From the NCBI GenBank assembly GCA_021813435.1, contig JAKAKR010000004.1, positions 120,972 through 184,971 of the forward strand: a stretch of 64,000 bases of DNA, read 5' to 3'. Each line of letters starts with the position of its first letter. The stretch's first letter is position 1. The stretch comes from Nanobdellota archaeon (GTDB lineage Archaea; Nanobdellota; Nanobdellia; Woesearchaeales; UBA9642). The notes beneath the pieces are model-generated. The model did not search any database and was not told the DNA's origin. It saw nothing but the letters and a program-made list of their open reading frames with translations. A program made the position numbers and the translations under genes. Shown here in pieces: positions 38,985-47,500 of this stretch.

Positions 38985-39901
38985 ACATTTATGCAAAGGT
39001 GGTTGCGGTAATCCTGCTTCTCATAAGGGATGGTGTAAGATTAAATGGAGATCTGGCAAAAAATTTGGTGTAGACTGTCCAGTAATTGAAGCAAAAAGAG
39101 CTAAATCACTTTCATCATTTAGAACTAGAGAAGCAAAATTAGGTAAAAATCCTATGCAAAATCCTAAAATATGTAAGAAAAATCATTCCTTGGCAAGAAA
39201 TAGAAAAGCTGCTGAAACTTTGAAACAATTAGGTGAAAAAGGCTTATTACCGCAGCAGACAGAAAACAAAGAGCTAAAAGAAAAAAGAAGACTTAAAAAC
39301 CAAAAGGCTCTTCAGAAGATGTGGAAAGAGGGCAGGCACCCTTTACAATCTAAATCTAAAGAAGAACTTAACATAATTAGGAAAAAAATATCCAACACAC
39401 TAAAGGATTTAGCAGACATGGGAGAGCTTCCTGTACAGAATTTTAGTCAAGAAAAGAAGAGATCAATTGCGAAAAAAGTCTCTGAAAAGTTAAGAGAAGG
39501 AATTAGAACTGGGAGAATTAAGCTGTCTCCCGGATGGAAGAAAGTCGCATATAAAGACAAAATTTTAAGATCTAATTGGGAAAAGGAAACAGCCCAATTT
39601 TTAGATGCTCATAAAATACATTGGGAATACGAATCTTTAATTTTGCCATATTACGATACTTCTAGAGATAGAGTGGCGTATACAATTCCCGATTTTTATT
39701 TACCGAAATATCATGTAGTTATTGAAGTTAAAAGCAATGGTTTAATAAATTCTGTACAGACTAAAGATAAGATGAGTGGAATAACTAATTTAGGCTATAG
39801 AACATTTCTGTTCGGTAAAAGACAAATCAAACTAATGAAGAATGAAAACATCACCATTATTAAGGCGATAAAAAATGAAAAAAGTTAAAGTAAAAATGAC
39901 T
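38871..39901 (+). mobile_element. ~1 kb insertion splitting cysS, carrying a PD-(D/E)xK nuclease gene (homing-endonuclease-like element)
   Basis: CysRS homology interrupted between KWD (38862-38870) and GYPGWH (from 39902); the three ORFs are in three different frames with short overlaps. Confidence 0.6.
38968..39888 (+). CDS. Zn-ribbon + Lys-rich linker + PD-(D/E)xK nuclease (free-standing homing-endonuclease-like)
   Basis: [16 protein letters not shown] Cys/His cluster; C-terminal IPDFYLP...VIEVKS = PD...ExK nuclease signature; Lys-rich and AT-rich. Confidence 0.6.
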   Translation: MKMISKHLCKGGCGNPASHKGWCKIKWRSGKKFGVDCPVIEAKRAKSLSSFRTREAKLGKNPMQNPKICKKNHSLARNRKAAETLKQLGEKGLLPQQTENKELKEKRRLKNQKALQKMWKEGRHPLQSKSKEELNIIRKKISNTLKDLADMGELPVQNFSQEKKRSIAKKVSEKLREGIRTGRIKLSPGWKKVAYKDKILRSNWEKETAQFLDAHKIHWEYESLILPYYDTSRDRVAYTIPDFYLPKYHVVIEVKSNGLINSVQTKDKMSGITNLGYRTFLFGKRQIKLMKNENITIIKAIKNEKS

Positions 39902-40666
39902 GGATATCCGGGCTGGCATATTGAATGTTCAGCTATGAGCATGAAATATCTTGGCGAGCATTTTGATATCCATTGCGGCGGGATAGACCATATTCCAGTC
40001 CATCATACAAATGAGATTGCGCAATCAGAAGCTGCGACTGGAAAGAAATGGGTCAATTATTGGATGCATAATGAGTTCCTTGTCATGGACAAGGGAAAAA
40101 TGTCAAAGTCTGCAGGCGGGATATTGACTATTGCAACACTTGAAAAAGAGGGGTATGATCCAGTTGATTACCGCTATCTCACCCTCAATACACAATATCG
40201 CATACCCTTGACATTCAGTTATGAATCGCTTGCTGCAGCACAGAATGCGTTTAAGAACCTGAAGAATAAGATTGTTGAATACAAAAAAGATACTTCTGCA
40301 ATTGAGGATGGACATGTAAAAAATATGGATGAATACCGTGCTGATTTTCTCGAATCCATCAATGACGATCTCAACATGCCCAAAGCACTTGCAGTATTAT
40401 GGAATGTCATTACAGATAAGACATTAAATAATCATGAAAAATATGTGCTCGCACTAGAATTTGATAAAATCTTTGGATTAGGATTTGAACATCTCGTTGA
40501 GGAACAGATTGAAATCCCGAACGATATCCAGAAGATCATTGACGAACGCATACATGCACGAAAGGCTAAGGATTGGAAGAAATCCGACGAACTACGCGAT
40601 TTGTTGAAATCAAAAGGATACGCCGTCGATGATATTGCGCAAGGATCAAAGGTGAAAAAGATCTGA
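39875..40666 (+). CDS. cysS: cysteinyl-tRNA synthetase, C-terminal fragment (KMSKS motif, anticodon-binding domain)
   Basis: [42 protein letters not shown]; own ATG (MKKVKVKMT leader) overlapping nuclease stop. Confidence 0.85.
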   Translation: MKKVKVKMTGYPGWHIECSAMSMKYLGEHFDIHCGGIDHIPVHHTNEIAQSEAATGKKWVNYWMHNEFLVMDKGKMSKSAGGILTIATLEKEGYDPVDYRYLTLNTQYRIPLTFSYESLAAAQNAFKNLKNKIVEYKKDTSAIEDGHVKNMDEYRADFLESINDDLNMPKALAVLWNVITDKTLNNHEKYVLALEFDKIFGLGFEHLVEEQIEIPNDIQKIIDERIHARKAKDWKKSDELRDLLKSKGYAVDDIAQGSKVKKI

Positions 40667-40685
40667 ATATTTGTGCGTGACCCGC

Positions 40686-40823
40686 ATGACTACCTGCATC
40701 AATAAATCAAAAAACGAGAAAAACTGTCCCTGCAAGGATACCTCGTGCGAAAATCATGGCATCTGCTGTGAATGCATCGCCTACCATCGCTCGACCAGAA
40801 GCAAGCCTGCGTGCATGCGATAG
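40686..40823 (+). CDS. 45-aa cysteine-rich micro-protein (8 Cys)
   Basis: Not in the ORF track (<60 aa); manual translation MTTCINKSKNEKNCPCKDTSCENHGICCECIAYHRSTRSKPACMR; sits directly upstream of the hydrogenase operon. Confidence 0.4.
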   Translation: MTTCINKSKNEKNCPCKDTSCENHGICCECIAYHRSTRSKPACMR

Positions 40824-40948
40824 TGCAGTGCATCAATTATTTTCTTTTTAATACCTGCTTTCTTTTTTGCTACAGTGGAAATATTTATAAACAATAGTGC
40901 AGGCTAGATACTACTTTGTAAATCGCATGCAAATCAAAAAGAGGTCAT

Positions 40949-41413
40949 ATGCCTGCTGACGTGAATGATCTAAAGCTTGTTGAATCCATTCTCAAAAAAT
41001 ATTCGCGAAAAGAGGATACTGTTGCAGCACTGCAGGAATTGCAGCAGACATTCGGATATCTTGAAAGAGGCCATCTTGAACTCCTGGCAAAGCAACTTTC
41101 CCTGCCGCTCGTCCACATCACCGGCGTTGCCACATTCTACACCCAATTCAAGTTCACGCCTAAAGGAACATACCATATCAGCATCTGTCGGGGAACTGCC
41201 TGTCATGTCAAGAATTCAGAGACACTCCTCAAACATGTGGAAAGAAAATTGAACATCAAGGCCGGAGAGATCACGACAGACAAGAAGATCAGCCTAGAAT
41301 GCGTCAATTGCATCGGTGCATGCGCAAAAGCGCCGGCAATGATGATCAATGAAAAAGTCTACGGGAACCTTGACGAGAAAAAGATCGACATGATCATCCA
41401 TTCACTTGAATAA
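40949..41413 (+). CDS. hydC: [FeFe]-hydrogenase subunit HydC (NuoE-like thioredoxin-fold [2Fe-2S] protein)
   Basis: ISICRGTACHVKNSE ... CVNCIGACAKAP four-Cys NuoE pattern. Confidence 0.85.
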   Translation: MPADVNDLKLVESILKKYSRKEDTVAALQELQQTFGYLERGHLELLAKQLSLPLVHITGVATFYTQFKFTPKGTYHISICRGTACHVKNSETLLKHVERKLNIKAGEITTDKKISLECVNCIGACAKAPAMMINEKVYGNLDEKKIDMIIHSLE

Positions 41414-41460
41414 TTCATTCGAATAATACGCGATAGACTCATACATAAGACCATACTTCC

Positions 41461-43251
41461 ATGACACCCATCACTGCACTTGCAGACCTCAAAAAAGGGC
41501 ATGAAGCACTCACCTGTGATCGGATTACAGTCGGGCTTGCAACATGCGGGATATCTGCAGGAGCAGACAGGACACTTGCAGCATTCCAGGCAGCAAATCT
41601 TCCGCTCATCATCGAGAATGTCGGATGCCTGGGGAACTGTTATGCTGAACCCATTGTGACTGTCCGGCAGGACGGTAGCACCGCAATCTATGGTCACGTA
41701 ACCGAAGATAAAGTCCAGAAAATCCTTGATGCCATAAAAACTAAAACAATCTGCAAAGAATTATTCCTTGGACGCACTCTTGAAGAAATCGATTTCTATA
41801 AGATTCAGAAACGGTTGCTCCTTGCAAACTGCGGAAAAATAAACCCGCTTGACATTGACCAATACGTCGCAACCGGAGGGTACGACGGGCTTGCAAAGGC
41901 GCTTCGCAAGAAACCGCAGGAAATCATCGAAGATGTGCTTGCAAGCGGATTGCGTGGCAGGGGCGGCGCTGGATTTCCTACGGGACAGAAATGGAGACTT
42001 ATCGCAGTAAAGACCGGAAAAAAGATCCTTGTCTGCAATGGTGACGAGGGAGATCCCGGAGCATTCATGAACCGTACAGTCATGGAGTCTGATCCCTTCA
42101 AACTCATCGAGGGGATGACGATTGCAGCATATGCGATCGGCAGTGATGAAGGAATAATCTATACCCGCGCAGAATACCCGCTTGCAGTAAAGACCCTGCG
42201 CTCGGCAATCACCATCGCAGAATCGCACAACCTTCTTGGAAAAAATATTCTTGGCATTGAAGGATTCAATTTTAACCTGCGCATCGTCATGGGCGCAGGA
42301 GCGTTTGTGTGCGGTGAAGAGACTGCGCTCATGAATTCAGTCATGGGACTGCGCGGACAGCCGCATTACAAGCCGCCGTATCCAGCTGACAAGGGAATCT
42401 ATGGATACCCGACAAACATCAATAATGTAAGTACATTATCATTTGTCCCGCTTATCATGTCCATGGGCGCCAAGGAATTTGCAAAAATCGGAAGCGAAAA
42501 AAGCAAAGGCACTGCAGTACTCTGTCTGACAGGAAAAATAAACAGGACAGGAGTCATTGAAGTCCCTATGGGAACGCCACTGCGCGAGATCATCTTTGGA
42601 ATTGCCGGAGGACCACCGCAGGGAACAACATTCAAGGCAGTGCAATGCGGAGGCCCTGCGGGAGGATGCGTGAGCGAGAAATACCTTGACCTTCCCGTCG
42701 ATTATGAATCACTCCTCTCAATCGGGGCAATGATGGGATCCGGAGGACTTGTTGTCCTCAACAGCGATTCCTGCATGGTTGATGTCGCAAAATTCTTCAT
42801 GAGTTTCACCCGCAGTGAGAGTTGCGGCAAGTGCACACCCTGCCGTGAAGGAACAACACGGATATGGGAGATACTGGATAAGATCACCAAAGGCCTCGGG
42901 ACACCTAAAGATATTGAAACACTCAAATCATTGTCGCAGTATGTAAAAGAAAACAGCTTATGTGGCTTGGGGCAGGCTGCCCCAAACCCCATCCTTACGA
43001 CCCTAGCGCAATTTGCAGACGAATACCGTGTCCATATTGAACAGAAGGAATGTCCTAGTCACTCCTGCAGAAACCTCGTCCATTACCGTATCAATGAGAA
43101 ATGCACGGGTTGCGGGAATTGCGCAAGACATTGCCCGGTCCATTGCATTGCCGGACGATTAAAAGAAAAACACGTCATCGACCAATCAGTCTGTGTGCGC
43201 TGCGGCGCATGCTATGAGAATTGCGCATTTGACGCAATCGACAAAGGATAA
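41461..43251 (+). CDS. hydB: [FeFe]-hydrogenase subunit HydB (NuoF-like; FMN/NADH-binding, Fe-S)
   Basis: N-terminal [2Fe-2S] domain, GRGGAGFPTGQKW (FMN), GEETALMNS (NADH), CGKCTPCREG [4Fe-4S], C-terminal 2x[4Fe-4S] ferredoxin (CTGCGNCARHCP, CVRCGACYENC). Confidence 0.9.
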   Translation: MTPITALADLKKGHEALTCDRITVGLATCGISAGADRTLAAFQAANLPLIIENVGCLGNCYAEPIVTVRQDGSTAIYGHVTEDKVQKILDAIKTKTICKELFLGRTLEEIDFYKIQKRLLLANCGKINPLDIDQYVATGGYDGLAKALRKKPQEIIEDVLASGLRGRGGAGFPTGQKWRLIAVKTGKKILVCNGDEGDPGAFMNRTVMESDPFKLIEGMTIAAYAIGSDEGIIYTRAEYPLAVKTLRSAITIAESHNLLGKNILGIEGFNFNLRIVMGAGAFVCGEETALMNSVMGLRGQPHYKPPYPADKGIYGYPTNINNVSTLSFVPLIMSMGAKEFAKIGSEKSKGTAVLCLTGKINRTGVIEVPMGTPLREIIFGIAGGPPQGTTFKAVQCGGPAGGCVSEKYLDLPVDYESLLSIGAMMGSGGLVVLNSDSCMVDVAKFFMSFTRSESCGKCTPCREGTTRIWEILDKITKGLGTPKDIETLKSLSQYVKENSLCGLGQAAPNPILTTLAQFADEYRVHIEQKECPSHSCRNLVHYRINEKCTGCGNCARHCPVHCIAGRLKEKHVIDQSVCVRCGACYENCAFDAIDKG

Positions 43252-43285
43252 AAAATTGACGCTTTGAATACTGTCATAAGAAACT

Positions 43286-45028
43286 ATGGCATCCCCTGAA
43301 CATCCCCAAAAAGTGAAGATAACACTCAACGATGAAATCGTATGGTGCGATCCCAATGCGTATATCATAGATATCGCGCGAAACAATAACATCTATATCC
43401 CGCACTTTTGTTATCATGAACGATTGGAACGCACGGCAAACTGCCGGCTCTGCGTCGTCGAAATCGAGATCGGAGGGAAAAAACGCATCATGACATCCTG
43501 CAACCTCAAGCCGCAGGAAGGAATGATCGTCAACACCCATACCCCGAAAGTCCTTGAGGCGCGCAGGGTCAATATTGAACTGCTTCTTGCAAACCATGAC
43601 TTGAACTGTCCGACCTGCGCAAAGAACCTGCATTGCAAACTCCAACGCTACTCGGGCGAACTCATCGTCAAGGAAACGCCATTTACAGGCAAACGACGCA
43701 ATGTGCCTGTCGATGAATCAAGCCCCTCGATTCGCCGGGACAACAATAAATGCATCCTCTGCGGCAGGTGCATCAAGATGTGCGGTGATGTACAGACCGT
43801 GAATGCAATCCAGCAGCAGTTCCGCGGATTTGAGACGCTGGTCTCCTGCGCATTCAATGAAGGACTTGGCGAGAGCAGCTGCGTCAACTGCGGTCAATGC
43901 GTGATTGCCTGCCCGACCGGGGCATTGACTGAGCGCAGCGACATCCCGCATGTCATTGATGCATTGAATGATCCCCATAAGATTGTCATTGCGCAGACTG
44001 CGCCATCAATTCGCGCAACACTCGGAGAATGCTTTGGGATGAATCCCGGAACAAATGTTACCGGAAAAATGGTTGCTGCACTGAAAAAATTAGGATTTGA
44101 AAAAGTGTTTGATACTGACCTTGCTGCAGACATCACTATTGTCGAGGAAGCATCGGAATTCATCAAACGCCTGAATGCGAACGAGAACTTGCCGATGATC
44201 ACGACCTGCTGTCCGGCATGGATAAAATTCGGCGAGCAATTCTTCTATGATGAACTCAGCCACATGTCGACCTGCCGGAGCCCGCAGGCAATCATGGCAT
44301 CACTCATCAAGACGTATTATGCCGAAAAAGCAGACCTTGACCCTCAGCGGATAGTGCTGGTTGACATCATGCCCTGCACTGCAAAAAAATTCGAGATCCT
44401 CAGACCAGAATTCGCAGGAGAAGCAGATTATGTCTTAACGACTGTCGAACTCGGAAAACTCATCAAGGAGATGAATATCGACTTTGAACACCTCGAGCCT
44501 GCACGTTTTGACAATCCGCTCGGCGAGAGCACTGGCGCAGGAGCAATATTCGGACATACAGGTGGGGTTATGGAAGCAGCACTGCGTACAGTTGCAGACT
44601 GGCTTGAGAACAAGAACTTCAAACATATTGATTACCAAGCCATTCGGGGCATGGAGACACTCAAAGAAGCAACAGTTCACATCGATGGGATGGAGATCAA
44701 TCTTGCAGTCGTCCATACCTTGGGCGAAGCGCGCAAACTCATGGAACAGATCCGCAGTGGCACTTGCAAATACCACTTCATTGAGATCATGGCATGCTAC
44801 GGTGGATGCATCGGTGGCGGAGGGCAACCTGCACCAACTGAGCGGTTTGATGAAGTCTTAAAAAAACGCGTTCAGGCGCTCATCACTGAGGATCTGCACA
44901 AGGAGATCAGAAAATCACACAAGAACCCTGCAGTCAACAAACTCTACGACGAGTATCTCGGCGATATCGGTGGAGAGCGGGCGCATAAATTGTTGCATAC
45001 GAGCTATCAGAGAAGAGAGTTTAAGTAG
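43286..45028 (+). CDS. hydA: [FeFe]-hydrogenase catalytic subunit HydA (with N-terminal [2Fe-2S] and [4Fe-4S] domains)
   Basis: H-cluster signatures MITTCCPAWIKF (TSCCPxW), MPCTAKKFE (MPCxxKxxE), EIMACYGGCIGGGGQP (ExMACxxGCxxGG). Confidence 0.9.
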   Translation: MASPEHPQKVKITLNDEIVWCDPNAYIIDIARNNNIYIPHFCYHERLERTANCRLCVVEIEIGGKKRIMTSCNLKPQEGMIVNTHTPKVLEARRVNIELLLANHDLNCPTCAKNLHCKLQRYSGELIVKETPFTGKRRNVPVDESSPSIRRDNNKCILCGRCIKMCGDVQTVNAIQQQFRGFETLVSCAFNEGLGESSCVNCGQCVIACPTGALTERSDIPHVIDALNDPHKIVIAQTAPSIRATLGECFGMNPGTNVTGKMVAALKKLGFEKVFDTDLAADITIVEEASEFIKRLNANENLPMITTCCPAWIKFGEQFFYDELSHMSTCRSPQAIMASLIKTYYAEKADLDPQRIVLVDIMPCTAKKFEILRPEFAGEADYVLTTVELGKLIKEMNIDFEHLEPARFDNPLGESTGAGAIFGHTGGVMEAALRTVADWLENKNFKHIDYQAIRGMETLKEATVHIDGMEINLAVVHTLGEARKLMEQIRSGTCKYHFIEIMACYGGCIGGGGQPAPTERFDEVLKKRVQALITEDLHKEIRKSHKNPAVNKLYDEYLGDIGGERAHKLLHTSYQRREFK

Positions 45029-45055
45029 AAGCAGTAATTGTTCATGTTAGAGTAT

Positions 45056-46165
45056 TCATGATTTGATGGATTCAATATTTTTCTTTGAATGGTCTCTTAA
45101 ATATTTATTATATTCTTTTGTTGATAAATTATTAGAGAGAATGTCTGTGTATGGCGTTAAGATTCTCTGCCGTAGTTTGTAGCTGTTAGCGTGTTTTATG
45201 TGTGCTATCCATCCTTCGATGGTGTCGTAGACTTTATCGTATTCAATTTGTTTGTTTTGATATTTCGTAATGAGCAGTGATAATTTCTTTCTGAATTTTC
45301 TGCTGTTTCTTTTTGCAAGGAGTTTGTGATGTGGGTAGATTCTTATTCCTAAGAATCCTACGCCACGTTTTAGGAATGATATTTTTGTTTTTTCTGGATG
45401 AAGCTCTAGGTGCAGGTTTTCTTTAAGGAATTGATTAATTTGTGTTTTATAATCTTCGAGTTTTTCAAGGTGTTCGTCCATGATTACAAAATCATCAACA
45501 TATCTGATGTAATAGTTTACGCGGAGTTTGTGTTTGATAAACCAATCTAATTCATCAAGGTAAATATTTGCAAAAAATTGGCTTGTGAAATTTCCGAGCG
45601 GCATCCCTTTCCTTCTGTTTCTTGTTTGGTGGTTGCTTAGGATTATTCTTATGAGGTTGATGAGTTTTTTATCCTTAATCTTTCTTTGAAGTAAGGTTAT
45701 AAGAATATTGTGGTCTACATTGTCAAAGTAGTGTTTGATATCCGCTTTAAGTATATAACAATTTCTTGTGTTGTTTTGTGATGCTTTCTGTTTGAATTCT
45801 TCGAATCGTTTTATTGCTTTGAGTGTTCCTTTTCCTTTGCGGTTTGCGTAAGAATCGTGGATGAATGTTTTATCGAATAGTGGTTCGATAATATTGCAGA
45901 TTGCGTGGTGTACGATTCTGTCTCTAAAATCCGATTTACTGATTTTTCTGGTCTTTGGATCTCTAAGAATGAATGTTTCTAGAGGTCTTGGCTCGTATAG
46001 TTCGAGTTCTAACTCTTTTTGCAACTGAACAAGATTCTCTTTAAGATTGTTTTCAAATTCTATGACGTACGGTTTTAGTGTCTTATGTTTACGCGCCTTT
46101 TTATACGCAAGGTAGAGGTTATCTTTTGAACAGATTAACGGGTAGAGTTGTTTGTATCTCTTCAT
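45056..46165 (-). CDS. diversity-generating retroelement (DGR) reverse transcriptase
   Basis: RT motifs ILKADIKHYFDNVDH, GMPLGNFTSQFFANIYL (DGR-typical [I/L]GxxxSQ instead of QGxxxSP), YVDDFVI; N-terminal LYLAYKKARKHK...FRDRIVHHAI typical of DGR RTs; template repeat 22 nt upstream of its start. Confidence 0.9.
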   Translation of the reverse strand: MKRYKQLYPLICSKDNLYLAYKKARKHKTLKPYVIEFENNLKENLVQLQKELELELYEPRPLETFILRDPKTRKISKSDFRDRIVHHAICNIIEPLFDKTFIHDSYANRKGKGTLKAIKRFEEFKQKASQNNTRNCYILKADIKHYFDNVDHNILITLLQRKIKDKKLINLIRIILSNHQTRNRRKGMPLGNFTSQFFANIYLDELDWFIKHKLRVNYYIRYVDDFVIMDEHLEKLEDYKTQINQFLKENLHLELHPEKTKISFLKRGVGFLGIRIYPHHKLLAKRNSRKFRKKLSLLITKYQNKQIEYDKVYDTIEGWIAHIKHANSYKLRQRILTPYTDILSNNLSTKEYNKYLRDHSKKNIESIKS

Positions 46166-46187
46166 GAATATGATGCCTTGACAGGGG

Positions 46188-46279
46188 GTTATTCCAACGA
46201 AGCGGGCATTGTTATTGAGATTGTTGTTGCCATTAAGATTGCCGTTGTTGTTGCTGTTGTTGACAAAGAGGACCCGCCC
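46188..46279 (-). repeat. DGR template repeat (TR)
   Basis: 92-nt near-identical copy of 46758..46849; on coding (minus) strand rich in AAC/AAT codons (GRVLFVNNSNNNGNLNGNNNLNNNARFVGI in target frame). Confidence 0.9.
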
Positions 46280-46526
46280 CGATCTTTAGCCCTTTTGCTG
46301 TAACTCTTCACCATTGCTTCAAGATTTCGAAACTGATTCTACTCATTGTCGCAATTGTATGCTCAAAAATCGTAGATTTTTGGCACGCCAGAAATCCGCG
46401 ATTTCTCAGCGTTTTATGACGCTTAATAAGACGCCTTAGCAAAAGAGCGTGTAGCCCCGTACCCGCGCTTAATTCAGGTAAGTCAAGGCGGTGAGAAAAA
46501 TAAAAAGAATATTAAAAAGATTTCTA

Positions 46527-46568
46527 TTTTAGAAACAGTGGTTGCGTGTGCTTCGGCTGTTTCTAAAA
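46527..46568 (-). terminator. stem-loop (12-bp stem) followed by T-tract on minus strand, probable terminator of DGR target gene
   Basis: TTTTAGAAACAG ... CTGTTTCTAAAA inverted repeat with 18-nt loop ~45 nt downstream of target stop; T-rich tail on minus strand. Confidence 0.45.
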
Positions 46569-46612
46569 TTCAGAAGACAAAACACATATTATCTGAATAA
46601 TGTTGTCTTCTT

Positions 46613-47500
46613 TTATTTACGCGTTAGCATATTGTAAACCGTTGGTGATACTAGGTCCTGTCGGATAACCACAATTCCGTTACCTGCATCAATGCCTTTA
46701 CCGACTAGTGTTTCCAGTGGAGACTTGATTTTTTGCGCGCTGGCTACGCCAGACGACGGTACCCCAACGAAGCGGGCATTGTAATTGAGAAGGTTGTAGC
46801 CATTAAGATTGCCGTTGTCGTTGCTGTTGTCGACAAAGAGGACCCGCCCATAAGGTACGTCATGTAAATCAGTTGAGTGATATACTCCGATGTTTTTTCC
46901 TACAACTTTCTCGTGCTGTTCCAAATATTTTTCTGCGCGTTTTTCTCCACCAATAAATGGAATGACTTGTGGATGTTTCATTGCATCAGAGATGCTTATT
47001 GTTCCACTTGTAGAATTTTTCAATGAATCGTAATCAATGACAAAAACATTAACACCGTCTTCTTTATTTAGTAATTGCTGAAATAATTTTTTTGGATAAT
47101 ATCCTGCGCCGTTGATGAGCGGATTTTTCTTGTCAACTATTGCTTTCTGAATATTTTTTGGATCAGAAAAATAATTATCTATGTGCGCATAGACTACAAC
47201 TTTGCTTCCGCCTTTAGTTGTTCCAGTTACTCGAACACTTGGAGCGCTATACCCTTTATTCCAGATAAATGAATTCTTATCAGAAACACTGCGCATATCC
47301 ATTATCTTAGGAATAAATGCAGCACGATAACCTTCGTTTTGGCATTCAGCGAGTGCTACAGGCAAAGGATTTTGAAGACCATATTTTTCTACGTCTTCTT
47401 TTGATACTGAATCTCTATAAAAGATTTTACCCATTACAGTCATTGGAATTTGAATATCTTCAGTCATTTTGATCCTCCGTACGAGTTGTGCGTAAAACAA
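46613..47500 (-). CDS. DGR variable (target) protein, family unknown
   Basis: Contains VR (residues ~213-244 of 295: GRVLFVDNSNDNGNLNGYNLLNYNARFVGV); no signal peptide evident; 48-aa tail after VR. Confidence 0.8.
   Translation of the reverse strand: MFYAQLVRRIKMTEDIQIPMTVMGKIFYRDSVSKEDVEKYGLQNPLPVALAECQNEGYRAAFIPKIMDMRSVSDKNSFIWNKGYSAPSVRVTGTTKGGSKVVVYAHIDNYFSDPKNIQKAIVDKKNPLINGAGYYPKKLFQQLLNKEDGVNVFVIDYDSLKNSTSGTISISDAMKHPQVIPFIGGEKRAEKYLEQHEKVVGKNIGVYHSTDLHDVPYGRVLFVDNSNDNGNLNGYNLLNYNARFVGVPSSGVASAQKIKSPLETLVGKGIDAGNGIVVIRQDLVSPTVYNMLTRK
46758..46849 (-). repeat. DGR variable repeat (VR) inside target gene
   Basis: Differs from TR at 9 positions (TR 46189, 46192, 46193, 46213, 46221, 46222, 46228, 46249, 46261), every one a T in TR on the + strand = A on coding strand, replaced by G/C/A/T. 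Confidence 0.9.

Larger units (their letters stand above)
45056..47500 (-). mobile_element. complete DGR cassette: target gene with VR - spacer - TR - RT
   Basis: Canonical DGR order on minus strand; TR/VR mismatch pattern adenine-specific; no Avd-like ORF in 330-nt spacer. Confidence 0.85.

Noticed and set aside
38871-39901. Intein inserted in CysRS
   Set aside because: The intervening ORF is not in frame with either CysRS half (three different frames, insertion length 1031 nt not a multiple of 3). No intein block motifs or terminal Cys/Ser...HN residues at the junctions. Each piece has its own ATG.
38871-39901. Group I or group II intron in cysS
   Set aside because: Outside the nuclease ORF only ~100 nt (5') and ~12 nt (3') of insertion remain. 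That is too little for a ribozyme core, and no P/Q/R/S or domain V-like elements were seen. A BHB-type archaeal intron cannot be excluded by eye and is left as an open check.
46527-46568. DGR homing hairpin or cruciform associated with VR
   Set aside because: The stem-loop is ~190 nt downstream of the VR 3' end and only ~45 nt past the target stop codon, with a T-tract after it on the coding strand. It is more simply the target-gene terminator. A second small IR (GAAGACAA/TTGTCTTC, 46573-46610) is also just 3' of the stop.
46188-46849. CRISPR array or microsatellite (GTTGTT-rich repeats)
   Set aside because: There are only two copies, 570 bp apart, 92 nt long with adenine-specific mismatches, next to an RT. 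This is a DGR TR/VR pair. The GTT richness is the reverse complement of AAC codons.
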